Shown: piece after piece, positions 1-11,202 of the stretch
Layout of the letters: every line of letters starts with the position of its first letter
Numbering within the stretch: the stretch's first letter is position 1
DNA from: Prorocentrum cordatum
Taxonomy: Eukaryota
Assembly (NCBI GenBank): GCA_963575745.1
Contig: CAUYUJ010000003.1
Span: forward strand, 1 to 64,000
Direction of reading: 5' to 3'
Length of the DNA: 64,000 bases
Translations under genes and position numbers: made by a program
The notes under the pieces: model-generated
What the model was told of the DNA's origin: nothing
The model's input: the letters and a program-made list of their open reading frames with translations, nothing else
The model's database searches: none

Positions 1-271
1 GTTCGCCTGAAGCCACATTACTACATAATTTGGGCCGATGATGCCCATTTGTCGCATGCCACGCCGAACCGTCACAGAAGAATTACGCACATATTCAACC
101 ATCACATATGTAGGAAACGTCGGGAATTCATCGCATAAAAATTGCATCGTATTTTCCAACCGTGCGATCACCCCAGCTACCCAGTAGATCGGCACATTGA
201 ATGCAGACTTGAATGCAGACCATTGGCGTTGTTCTATGTAAGTGTCGACAATTGCGACGTCAGCCCCCTTT

Positions 272-744
272 GGTATGAGAGGGAAGAGGAGGAAGGAGGA
301 GGAGGAGGAGGAGGCGGAAGAGGAGGAGGAGGAAAAGGAGGAGGAGAGGCAGAAAGGGGGGGAGGGGGAGAGGCGGCGGACAAAGAGGAGGAGAAGGAAG
401 AGAAGAGGGGAGGAAGAGAAGGACGGAACGAGGAGAGGGGGAGGAGGAAGAGAGAAACAGAAACGGAGACGGAGACGGAAAAGGCTAGGAGAGGAAACGG
501 AGACGGAGGCGGAAGGAGGAGGAGGAGGAGGAGAGGAAGGCGAGGGAGGAAGAGAGGGTGAGGAGGAGGAGGAGAGGAGGAGGAGGAGAGGAGGAGGAGG
601 GAGAAGAGGAAGGAGGAGGAGGAGGATGAGGAAGAGGAGGAGATGGTGGAGGAGGAGGAGGAGGAGGGGGAGGAGGAGGAGGAGGAGGAGGAGGAGGAGG
701 AGGAGGAGGAAAAAGAGGAGGACGAGGAGGAGGAAGAGGAGGAG
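272..744. repeat. (GGA)n/(TCC)n purine-rich microsatellite
   Basis: Near-continuous GGA/GAG triplets. Explains the poly-E/G/R ORFs in the track. Confidence 0.95.
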
Positions 745-2104
745 CACTATATCTCTAGGCTACTAGGTCAGCCAGACCAAGCGCCGCCTCCAACGACGTC
801 TGTTGCAAATCGGCTTCGTCGTGTAGAACTGCGCGCGCTACGGCGGAATGCAGGGTAATGCCAAGCAGCCCCCACCATCTATGCAGCAAACCTAAGGCAA
901 CCTCTTCCAAACGCGCGCGTGCAACCCCCGCTTGTGCTCATGTACCAAGGTCGGGACCAACCGCGCAAATTGTTTCCCCCACCTGCCGTGCACCTCGTGT
1001 CCAATAAACGCCCGCCCTGGTTGCTCGTCCCTGCCCGGGGGCAGCCGTTCCGAAACAAAGGGGAAATAATGCATACATCACAGAAGAGCGGCACGCCATG
1101 AGCAATTGACAGCCCTGGGGCTCTGAGGTCCAACCGTCGCAGGTCCCCAGCTGGTACTGGGACACGGGCGTCCCGTAGAAGACATTCCACGCTACGGTCA
1201 AATATTGCACCGCCCGCTCCTGTTAGTACTTGCCTTCACGCTGCGACCGTGGCGGTATGTCGCGCGTTAAGGAGAGCCCCTTCGTTGTCCGCAAATCTGA
1301 GGGAACCATGCGGGTCAGGCCCATCACAAGCCACAGCCAGCCCCAAACGCCGGCGAACTGCACATCTGAAGTAATCGTCGGTGCAAATTGTACCCAGAAG
1401 TGTTGGACACACTGTCAGCCACACACTCGCGTACGGCCCCATGCACGATTGAAGCCGTGCCCTCCCCCGGGATGCTGCATTTACCCTGTTGTGTTGCGCT
1501 AGGAACTCCCTTTGGAGTTGTTGTTGCGCAGCTGTTTCCAAACCGTTGGACGCGTGAAATTGCCACCCATGGGACCATTTCCCTAAAGCCAAAAGATTTT
1601 CATATGGATCTGGACAGTCAGGAGGCCGTGCCCCAGCAACAATATCGTGCCACGTAGGCCGATCGTTCCACCCATTATTATCGCATGTCCTCCCGGCTTT
1701 TTCCGCATCCACAAGACACGCAAGGCCACGTGGTGGTTGCCCTGCCGGCATATCTTGAATAGTCGTAAGTTGGAAGAGCATGTTCCGACCTATGCCTGGG
1801 GATCGCTGCAGTAGGTCAGGAGCGAATCCGCCCAACTCGCCCAGGATGCCGCTGGAACAGTCCGCGTAAAGTCGCGCAGGCCCATGCCCCCAAGCCGCAA
1901 CGGGAGCGTTGCTGGTGCAACCCTTTTGTCGTACGTGACACCGTGCAAATCGAAACTCCAACCGTCAGGCGTGGAGATGCCAAATAATTGTCGGAATGCT
2001 TCCAGAATGCTGTGGTCGTGTCACGCCGTAGCGATGCGCGCCATGTGCGGTGGTAGCCGTAATGTGTGTGTGTGTTGTCGCAGTCGGTACTGTCGTATTC
2101 AGTG

Positions 2105-2365
2105 GGCGCCGCCGTTGGAGCCGTTGTCGGAACTGCAATGGAGGTCGCCGCCGGAGCCGTTGTCGGACCGGCTACCGGGCCTGTCGTCGCGAGAGCAATT
2201 ACGAGAGCTGCCTTAGAGGCAAACGTCGGAGCCCCAAGCTTCGCAGCCGCTGTCGCAACCACCGTCGGAGCTGCTGTCGGATATGCTGAAACTGCCGAGG
2301 GCGCCGCCGTCGGAGCCGCAGTCGGAGATGCCGCAGGAGCAACCGTCGGAGCCCTCGGGGCTGCC
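2105..2365. repeat. Degenerate 12-bp tandem repeat (gccgtcggagcc-like; PTAA on minus strand)
   Basis: Repeated cgtcggagc/tgtcggaac units at about 12-nt spacing. Confidence 0.75.
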
Positions 2366-2519
2366 GTGGAGCCTCTCCCAGAGCTGCTGCCGGAATGGTT
2401 GAGATTATTGAAAGCATGACCGTAAATAAAAGTACTGGTGCAATAATTGACGCCCCCGGCGGAACCACAAACGGTGGTGTTGGTGCGGGGGGCGCATGCC
2501 GGGCTTTGGGCCCACCTAG

Positions 2520-3144
2520 CTAGTAAGGAGCAAATCCCCTCCCTAGCCTCTGCCTTTCCCCAAGAAGCCCAGCGGGAACTCTCGGCACTAGCCCAACCAG
2601 TCTGCGGAGAAATTCGTGGTCCGATACCCCCACATTCTGGGCCATGTCGGCTAATGCTGGCGCCCCCCGCCGCTCGATGTGATGAATGACTTCGAGCTTC
2701 GCGGCATCTTCCTGATTCACCTGCGGCTGGAGGGCCGGTGGCATGGGAGCCAGGCCCGGGGGGTACCGTATGTGATCCAAAGGGTATGGATGTATTCCAG
2801 ATTTTGGCCATCTGGAATACCCTACGCATGTCATGATCCCGATTGTCAGTAGCACCCCCGTCAACAATCCGACCACCAACCACCCCCAAGATATTGAGAT
2901 ATGCGCGAACCCCGGCGTTGTGGAGTACTGTGGATTCTCGCCGTTGTACACCGCAGCGACGTGTAGCCAAGTGGCATTGGCGCGGAAGCCCTGCAAGGTG
3001 CACCGTCGTCGCTGTGGATGTGTAACTGATCCAGCCGCCCGTCCCCCGCACCACGGAGGAGCCCCATTCCCACAATGAGGAGCGGACGGAACCCCAATCC
3101 ACCGCAGCGAACGCCCCAATAGCCATCACCCCCAGCCATTCCAT
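2520..3144 (-). pseudogene. Frameshifted small ORF with a hydrophobic transmembrane-like segment, upstream of the CRE-like ORF
   Basis: MEWLGVMAIGAFAAVDWGS.. then, after a frame change, ..ISWGWLVVGLLTGVLLTIGIMTCVGYSRWPK..LEVIHHIERRGAPALADMAQNVGVSDHEFLRRLVG. It is preceded by a pyrimidine-rich UTR-like stretch. Confidence 0.4.
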
Positions 3145-3334
3145 TTGTCTGCTGATCGTCCGTCGCAGGCACCCGTCGGTCACACGCGTGGTCGCAAACA
3201 AGAAAAGAATATCGAATGATATGTGTAGACAGTGAGTGAGAGTAGGATGGGGAGATGTAGCAGGTAAGTGGAAAAGGAAGTAGGTTGTGGAGCAGGACCA
3301 GCAGGACCGTTTGATGTTGAAACGCATTTTCGAT

Positions 3335-3697
3335 TACTGAATGGTAGATTATTGGAAAATGCCGAATACGAAAACATAAATACATCTAGGGAAGTGGTGG
3401 ATTCTGGACTTGGGGCTCTGCTGTGCTTGGGATCAGAGGTGCACGGGCGATGGGGTGATCAATGTATTGCAATAGTGCCCGCTTTTGCTCGAGAAAAGTG
3501 CCGATTTCTCCCAGCAAGGGTACGACGAGGGACCGAACTAGGGTTATTGCACCGCTGGTGGGGGTTGGAATTGCCTTACAGCGATCTGTGGTTCGCCTGG
3601 TCCTACGCGACCCCGGAGACCTACCAACGACCTCCCTTGAGCCGGCCCCCGGCCTGGCTGATTTGAAAATCCTCTGATCCTCCTCCTCATCCTCCTT
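3335..3697 (+). mobile_element. 5'-truncated 3' end of a second CRE-like element of the same family
   Basis: NGRLLENAEYEN..GLGALLCLGSEVHGRWG..LGLLHRWWG / GIALQRSVVRLVLRDPGDLPTTSLEPAPGLADLKIL* is colinear with the C-terminus at 755-1000. It is followed directly by tcctcctcctcatcctcct. Confidence 0.8.
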
Positions 3698-3799
3698 TCT
3701 CGCTGCTTTGCCGCCGCGCTGCCGCCGCCCTTCGTCCTAGACGATTTCGGGCGCCGCTATCTGTTTCACCCGCCGCCTTCGTTGTCACCTGTTGGAGCG

Positions 3800-4894
3800 C
3801 GTTTCTTTATGTTCGGCGATGATGGGCGTCATGGGGGGGGGGGGGCGGGAGGGAAAATATGACGTAACGCTTCCCCCCGCCGTGTGGCTCCGGTACCGCA
3901 GCCGCGCCCGCGCGCGCGCGACGCGACGAGCGATGAGCGACGATGACGACGATGACGACGACCACGACTATCACAAAGACGACGACCGACGACGACGACG
4001 ACGATCTCGACGACGCGATCAGCATAAAGGTGTCGATCGGCCCTGTGCGCCTGTGTACACCACAACGCTCGCGTGCACCACAGCGCGCGTGTATACCACA
4101 GCGCCTGCGTGCACCGCGACAACCGTGTGCAACGCAGCGCTTGTGTACACTACAATGCTTGCGTACACTACAGCGCCGGCGTACAATTGCACACCGCAGC
4201 TACCATGTGCAACACAGCGCCTGTGTACACAACAATGCTTGCGTGCACCGCAGCGCCTGTGCACGCCACGCCGCGTGTCTACACCACAGCATCCACGTGC
4301 AACGCAATGCTGGTGTACACCACAATGCCTGCGTGCATAGGACAGGTGGATGGAACATGTACGTGAGGATCTGCTGCGGACAACTAGACGCCACGCCATG
4401 AAATTGCTGATAATCGAATGCGACGTTCTTCCCTCCTCCTCCCTCCTCCTCCTCCTCCTCCTCCTCAGGAAATGTGGTGAAAATCGCCACCTACATGCTG
4501 GCGCTACCCGTCCTCCGTCATTCCCAGGCATTCCCAATCGCCGCCGGCGCGAAACGTGACGTCATCGACCCCCTCCGTCCCCCTCCTAGATGATTACCGT
4601 CATCGGCCCGGAATCAAAAGCAGGCTTCAGCCGCGTCCGCGCGCACGACGACTATGAGCGACGAGCGACAAGCCACGAGCGACGACGACGACGACGACGA
4701 CGACTGCGGACCAGACTCCTATGCGGATTCCTACGCGAACACCTACGCGGATCCCAATGCGCACAGCGGCAATGTTCGGAACGCACTGGGGGGCAGTGCC
4801 CGGAGCGCACTGGAGGGGGGAGCGTTACGTCATAGGGGGGGCGGTGGGGGTGGGGTCCACGACGCCCGTCATGCCCCAAACATGAAAAGAAACG
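3800..4894. mobile_element. MITE/foldback-like element with ~95-bp imperfect terminal inverted repeats
   Basis: tatgacgtaacgct (3858-3871) is the exact reverse complement of agcgttacgtcata (4821-4834). atgatgggcgtc/gacgcccgtcat and cgtttctttatgtt/aacatgaaaagaaacg pair further out. The interior is non-coding. Confidence 0.6.
4045..4340. repeat. Degenerate ~18-bp tandem repeat (gtgtacaccacagcgcct-like)
   Basis: Recurrent tgtacac/tgcac..cagcgc units. Confidence 0.8.
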
Positions 4895-5159
4895 GGCCTT
4901 TGCTGTCTGGAAAGAAGCTGGGGGGAAAAATACTCTAGAGAGGCAGCGCTAATATACGAACCCCCCTCTTTGGTAGACCTCCTTCAAGATGGCCCGAAGA
5001 GCGCCCCGAAGGCTCCCAAGAGCGCCCCAAAACTTGAAGAACATCAGTGTTTGTGCTTTTTCGCTTTTTCGCTCTTGGAGCCGTCTTGCGCCATCTTGGA
5101 CGGATCGGGAAGCATCGAACCCCGGGCCCGACAGTCCTTTCGATCCCCCATCAATTCTT

Positions 5160-5420
5160 ATTGTTCCGACTCCCGCTCCCGGTCCGATTCCGGCTCCATT
5201 TTCCAACTCCGGCTCTTGGTCCGATTGCGGCTCCAACTCTATCCTACGTTTCCGGCTCCGACTCTGGCGCTTCCGACTCCGATTCCGGTTCCGACCCCCC
5301 CTCCCGTGTCCGACTCCCGCGTTAGTCTCGGAAGCCCGGGCCACTCCAGGTCCGATTGCGGTACTTTTCCCCAAATGGAATTCAAATTGCACGTTTACAA
5401 TTCCGACTTCGGGTCCCGCC
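5160..5420. repeat. Degenerate hexamer repeat (tccgac/tccggc/tccgat)
   Basis: Direct reading of the sequence. Confidence 0.75.
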
Positions 5421-6149
5421 CTAATTGCAATTCCTTTTCCCATCTTCTGATTTTGGATTCAGGCAAATCTACGACGGCCATTATGGACATTGGACGGATT
5501 ACAGTAGGCATATCATTGCGATCTTGTGCGTAACGAAATCTCCGACGTCGTTCGCACAACGTGATTGGGTCCATTGTTGGTTGTTTCCGAATGCATTCAC
5601 ATCCATATTACCGTACTGGTACCCTACTCGGGAACGGTCGGAAAGGCAACCTCCAATATCACCACCTGATTGCAAGGTTTGGATACCGTAGGCACGTTCG
5701 GACTCCGAGCGGATGGTCTTATCGGCTATGGTTGGTTTATCGTCTGAGGTAATACAACCCTCCCCGACAAATCCCAACGGTGGCGTCGGACTTACACGGG
5801 TAACTGCAACAAATGGTTCGTGACATGGAGCTATGAGTGATTCAGACAAAGACTACGAAGATGAACTACTATCTCCAGGGAGGATGGAATACGAACCACC
5901 GCTGCATCGTCCTGCCTACGCACTGTCAACACCACAACCACCTAATGCACAACTCTCCTTAGAAACACAACCAAAATTTGCAACAGGAACGTTGCAACAT
6001 CGATATGCGATTGTTCTACTCAGAAGGTGTGACTGATCCAAACCAAACAAAACGCTACCGTTCCAAATGGAAACTGTGACCCCCCTAAAAAATTATCCAG
6101 GCGAAGGACCCAACCATAAGCCACTGTTCGTGACGCGTCGTGGGTGCCG

Positions 6150-7266
6150 CTTTCGGTGGGGCTCCCTATGGGGCCACGAAACGCTGCCTTGGGTGGGGGA
6201 ACCGCATGCGAACTGCGCCACTGGGGCGGGCCTTCGGTGGAGCTCCCTATGGGGCCACGAAGCGCTGCCCTGGGCGGGGGAACCGCATGCGAATTGCGCC
6301 ACTGGGGCCTTCGGTGGAGCTCCCTATGGGGCCACGAAGCGCTGCCCTGGGTGGGGGGACCGCATGCGAACTGCGCCACGGGGGCCTTCGGTGGAGCTCC
6401 CTATGGGGCCACGAAGCGCTGCCCTGGGTGGGGGAACCGCATGCGAACACCCCCCACTGGGGCCTTCGGTGGAGCTCCCCATGGGGCCACGAAGTGCTGC
6501 CCTGGGTGGGGGAACTGCATGCGAACACCCCCACTGGGGCCTTCGGTGGAGCTCCCTATGGGGCCACGAAGCGCTGCCTTGGGTCAGGGAACCGCATGCG
6601 AACACCCCCCACTGGGGCCTTCGGTGGAGCTCCCTATGGGGCCACGAAACGCTGCCCTGGGTGGGGGAACCGCATGCGAACACCCCCACTGGGGCCTTCG
6701 GTGGAGCTCCCTATGGGGCACGAAACGCTGCCCTGGGTGGGGGAACCGCATGCGAACACCCCACTGGGGCCTTCGGTGGAGCTCCCTATGGGGCCACGAA
6801 ACGCTGCCCTGGGTGGGGGAACCGCATGCGAACACCCCCACTGGGGCCTTCGGTGGAGCTCCTCATGGGGCCACGAAGCGCTGCCTTGGGCGGGGGAACC
6901 GCATGCGAGAGCAGCCACAGTGGGGCCTTCGGTGGAGCTCCCCATGGGGCCACGAAACGCTGCACTGGGTGGGGGAACCGCATGCGAACACCCCCACTGG
7001 GGCCTTCGGTGGAGCTCCCTATGGGGCCACGAAGTGCTGCCCTGGGTGGGGGAACCGCACGCGAACACCCCCAGTGGGGCCTTCGGTGGAGCTCCCTATG
7101 GGGCCACGAAGCGCTGCCTTGGGCCGGGGAACCGCATGCGAACACCCCCAGTGGGGCCTTCGGTGGAGCTCCCTATGTGGCCATGAAGCGCTGCCCTGGG
7201 TGGGGGAACCGCATGCGAACACCCCCACTGGGGCCTTCGGTGGAGCTCCCTATGGGTCTACGAAAC
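6150..7266 (+). repeat. Tandem satellite, ~77-bp unit, ~15 copies
   Basis: Unit ggggccttcggtggagctccctatggggccacgaagcgctgccctgggtgggggaaccgcatgcgaacacccccact repeats head-to-tail with no unique spacers. Confidence 0.97.
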
Positions 7267-8084
7267 GTGCGAGAGGTGTGCCGAGAACAGAGGCAAGGAG
7301 GGGGAGGAAGGAGGAGGGATGGGGGCAGCGGGAGGAGGAGACGCGGGGCACCGTCTCTTCAAAACGAGGACCCAACACCACAAGATGGTTGGGAATCAAG
7401 TGGAACCGCAAGGAACTCAGTTCCCGGTAGACACCTTTATCCCAGCAGGCAAGCGTACATGCCACGACATGCCACGCACGCTTGAAGAGCGTGCGGATGC
7501 CCTGGGGGCCTGGGTCGACATGCTAGAGGGAAGGGAAGAAGAAGAGGAAGACAAAGGAGGAGGAAGAGTTGGCACCAACAATATAGGTGGGGAGGAAGAG
7601 CCGGCAACAGTGTGGGTGGATGCGCACTGTCAGTAATGAGGTGGGGCGGGATATTGGTTTGGTGCGGCGTGGCATCCGCTCCAAATTTCTATCATGGCAC
7701 ATCCTGCTTGCTTCAATATCATTTGCCTCCACTGTGCAAGCATGCTTATGCCTAGAGCCCCCGCTCCCATCACCCCCCGATCACACAGCACGCCAAAGCC
7801 CATGGGGGCCTGGCCCGTCCCAAGAGCCCCCAACCGCCCGCGAGAGGCCTCCCACGAGATCCCAACGAACATCCAATAGGCTTCATTCATACCCACCACC
7901 CAGGAACGGTGGCGGGATGCGCCGAAGGCCACTGGATCCGCCGCGACCTATTGATTTATCACAAGGATGCCTGGCGTGCTGAAGATCTTAGAAGTGTTAA
8001 ATTATTTTGGAACTCCCCCTGGGTCTTCGGCCGCTGCCGCCGGCCATCCGGCAGGGCCGGGAAAAAGTGGACTCAGTCGATATT

Positions 8085-8710
8085 CTCCTCCAAGATGGCC
8101 CCAACATGGCCTCCAAGACGGCTAAGATTAAGATGGCCCTGTAGACGGCCCAGGTCGCCCCAAAAGAGCCCAAGATAGCCCCAAGCTGGCTTCCAATATG
8201 GTGCCAAGATGCTGCCAAGATGGTCTTCGAAAACTCGAGATGGTGAAAGGAACGCCCAAGAGGCCCCCCAAACGGCTCAAGAGTCCTCCAAGAAGTCTTC
8301 TAGGTGGGTCCGAAGAGGCCAAATCATTCAATTCCCTTAGGCTTTTGAATGACTTTGGCATTTGCTTCTTTCATGCCTCCGAGATGGTTCCAGAACGGCG
8401 CAAAAGGCTCCCCAAACGGCCCCGAGACGCCCAAGAGGCCTCCCAAAAGCCCAAGATGGGCTCCAAGACGACCCTGAAGTGCTCCAGGAGAGCCTCAAGA
8501 CAACTCAGAAAGGCACCCAGGATGGCTTCCGACGGCGTCAGTCGGGCCAGGAACGCTGCAAGACGGCCAAAGGGCCCCCAAGAAGCCCCAAAGGCTCCCA
8601 AGTGGACCCATGAAGCCCAAAAAGGCCCCCAAGAGGCCTCCGAGAGGCCCCCAGGAAGCAACTTAAGAGGCCCCAGTAATGACCCAAGAAGCTCCCAAGA
8701 GGTCTCCTCA
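8085..8710 (+). repeat. Dispersed low-complexity ccaagatggc/ccaagaggcc repeat family
   Basis: Degenerate ~10-11-nt units. Similar tracts occur at ~4985-5035 and ~32330-32920. Confidence 0.75.
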
Positions 8711-9339
8711 TCCTTCTCCTCATGCTCCTTTTCCTTCCCTCTCCTCATCTTCCGCTTCGTCCCCCACCTGTTCCCCGAAGGGCTTCCACAACGGCTGTGG
8801 GAACGCATGTTTCAATAGCGTTGACCACATAGGCAGATCCTGAAGGGCAGGGGGCGGCGGTGATTCGCCGATTACATTATCTGCGTCCTGTTTCTGCCCC
8901 CTCTCTCCCACTTTCTTTGCAAAGCTGCTCTCTACTATGATATTTGCTCTTCACTTCCATTGTTTAGTCTCTTATTCTGACCGTGGTCGAGACGACACGT
9001 GCACTTGGCCGCAATCAAGATTGCGGAAACCAGGAACCTTCTAGCGCCGGGAACTCTGGACCGGGAGCTGGGAACCGAAAGATCCGGCCGCCCGCCGACA
9101 TCGTCCCGGAAACCAAAACGGGAACCAAAAACACGGAACTGGAAACCCAAGAACCCGGCCGCCTACCCAAACCCTGGCCTGATACCTGAATCGAGTCTTT
9201 CAGTTTCTGCCAGGACCCATTCGGTGCAGGCGCTGATCGAGGAACAGTGCCACATACCATGACGGTGCTACAATACAATGTTCAAGCAGTGTGGACCCCA
9301 ATAAAGAAGTTCAGGCACTGTCGATGTGTGAGATATATG

Positions 9340-9630
9340 GAGCAAGCGAGGAAAGCTATGTGGTGCAATGCATGTACAAAATATGCGGTGCAAGCTAATT
9401 ACGTGGTGCAAACTTTGTTGTGTTTCACATTGCCCACGAACCTCACTTCAAAGCCGTGAGGCTAACCTAACGGTTATTACGTGGTGCGAGCTGTGTGGCG
9501 TAAGCTATGTGGTGTAAGCTATGTGGTGCAAGCTGTGTGGTGTAGGCTATGTGGTGCAATCTATGTGGGGCAATCTGTGTGGAGCAAGCTGGCTGGTTAA
9601 AAGAGCTATGCAGCGTATTGCAGTGTATGC
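9340..9630 (+). repeat. Degenerate 15-bp repeat (ctatgtggtgcaag-like)
   Basis: The same motif recurs at ~42410-42460 and ~59600-59890. Confidence 0.75.
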
Positions 9631-9955
9631 GGCCGCCCAGCCCACGAGGCGCCCACGAAGCGGCTATGGGCGGGCACCGGGCGAAATCTCGGCACATCCG
9701 CCCAGCCCACTGGGCGCCCACGGGCGGCCACTGAAGGACACCAGGCGAATGCTCAGCACACCCACCTGGCGCACGAGGCGCCCACGAGGCGGCGACGGGC
9801 GGGCACCAGGCGAAGCTCTGGCACACCCATCCAGCGCACGAGGCGCCCACTGTGCGCCCACGGGCGAGCACCAGGCAAAACTTCGGCACATCCACCCAAC
9901 CCGAGGCGCATGCGAGGCGCCCACGGGCGGTCGCCTGGCGACGCCTCGGCACAGC
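9630..9955 (+). repeat. ~60-65-bp tandem repeat, ~5 copies
   Basis: Recurrent cgaggcgcccac..gggcgggcaccaggcgaa..cggcacatcc units. Confidence 0.8.
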
Positions 9956-10056
9956 CATCAACTTCCTTAGGCAAGGCAGGTCAGAACCCGTCAGTGCAAG
10001 CACTGCTGGGGGAGTGAGGTACTGAAGTACTCTATCAAATGCTGCGGTCATCATTC

Positions 10057-11181
10057 TCATGTGTCGGTTTGAAGCTTTGTGCACTTGCTCAGCAGCCGCC
10101 GCATAACCAAGAATGTGCTGCATCCCATCAGCGCACAGAAACCCTGCTTGCCACTCCATCCCGTGTACAAGGGTTCGAGCAAGGGAATAAACCCTCCAGC
10201 CAATAATCCCCCTAAAGCGAAGCTCAAAGATGACGGAAACATCTCGAATGATGCCATACCTACAAATGAACCAACTGCGTAACCATTCATAGCCACGTCT
10301 GCAGAGCTCCAACTGCTGACTGAAAATATGACAAAGCAAAGCAGCGATCCGGACGTCGCTCCAACAACTGGATTCTCTAATGCGTTCCCAAGTTGGCGAA
10401 GGAACCTTGAGTTGACAGCGCCCAGGACGCAGAAACCTAGAGAAATCAAATGCACATCCCAGCGACAATATTCGTACGACCAAGTCTCTTGGCGCCCGAA
10501 GAATATGATCTTGACCAGCATGTTATGATCACTGTTTTCCACGACCCCCAAAGGCATGAGCACAGCAATCTGCACAAAGTGGCATGAGCAAAAAGCTGTG
10601 AAGCCGAGACGACCACCCAAACCAACAAATATTTTAAAGTGGGACACCAGTCGCCAAACTATGCAGGTCACCAAACAAAGAAAAGCAAACCATGACATCT
10701 CAGGGGCGAGCAACTCGGAAACAATCCCAGTGTAGGCGCCCACCGCACAAGGCGCTGCGTACTCAGGCATAGCCAAGCCGCAGAGACAGACTACGGTGGC
10801 TTGTGCCAAGTTGCCACCAACCTTCGGACCTTGGTAGGCGTAGGAATGTGTCAGAAATGCTGAAGCCCAAAGTGCAATGCACTGCATGGTCCAGTGACCT
10901 TCACGCATCCAAGCTCTCAATTTCAATTGCCAGGGGTCAACGTTCATATCCATGCTGCTCACCACATGTATCAAGTCATCGTTCTGCAGATCCGTGTAAT
11001 CCTCAATAACATACGAATCTCTGCTGTTCGCATTGCTTGTGCGCACAATCGTCACTCTGCTGTTTTCGCGTGCTCCGAACACTTCCATCGTGCTACTATC
11101 TAGGGGCTGAATACTGCTGGTTTCATCACCCTCAGTCTCCTCGAAAGATTCGAAGGACTCGTTGCCCGAATTGTCCAGCAT
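10057..11181 (-). CDS. Intronless 374-aa multi-pass membrane protein with two internal repeats (putative channel/transporter, family unassigned)
   Basis: Uninterrupted ORF from ATG 11181 to TGA 10057 with non-repetitive composition. An acidic N-tail is followed by many hydrophobic helices. Duplicated motif pair: GAYTGIVS..VGLGGRLGFTAF and GSFVGMAS..TGWSGKQGFCAL. SL relics lie just upstream. Confidence 0.9.
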   Translation of the reverse strand: MLDNSGNESFESFEETEGDETSSIQPLDSSTMEVFGARENSRVTIVRTSNANSRDSYVIEDYTDLQNDDLIHVVSSMDMNVDPWQLKLRAWMREGHWTMQCIALWASAFLTHSYAYQGPKVGGNLAQATVVCLCGLAMPEYAAPCAVGAYTGIVSELLAPEMSWFAFLCLVTCIVWRLVSHFKIFVGLGGRLGFTAFCSCHFVQIAVLMPLGVVENSDHNMLVKIIFFGRQETWSYEYCRWDVHLISLGFCVLGAVNSRFLRQLGNALENPVVGATSGSLLCFVIFSVSSWSSADVAMNGYAVGSFVGMASFEMFPSSLSFALGGLLAGGFIPLLEPLYTGWSGKQGFCALMGCSTFLVMRRLLSKCTKLQTDT

Positions 11182-11202
11182 CGTCAACTGCAGCGGTTTG
11201 CT

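Larger units (their letters stand above)
755..3330 (-). mobile_element. Decayed, internally deleted CRE-like non-LTR retrotransposon (restriction-like endonuclease type)
   Basis: Minus-strand motifs across frameshifts: HDHSILEAFRQLFG (~2020-1980); ATLPLRLGGMGLRDFTRTVPAASWASWADSL (~1912-1820, post-RT motif); LQSCMGPYASVWLTVCPT..FRCAVRRRLGL..DPHG..ARH; RRLDLRAPG..PLFCDVCIISP (RLE-type core); EVHGRWG; LLHRWWGLLGITLHSAVARAVL..GLADLVA* (stop 755-757). The RT core is absent near 2060-2090 and the 5' limit is approximate. Confidence 0.75.

Noticed and set aside
6150..7266. CRISPR-like array or repeat protein (three long plus-strand ORFs)
   Set aside because: The units are contiguous with no unique spacers. 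Unit length is not a constant multiple of three and all frames give the same peptides. No cas genes are present.
9467..10483. 338-aa minus-strand ORF overlapping the membrane-protein gene
   Set aside because: Alternative frame running through the 3' UTR and tandem repeats, with no coherent protein features.
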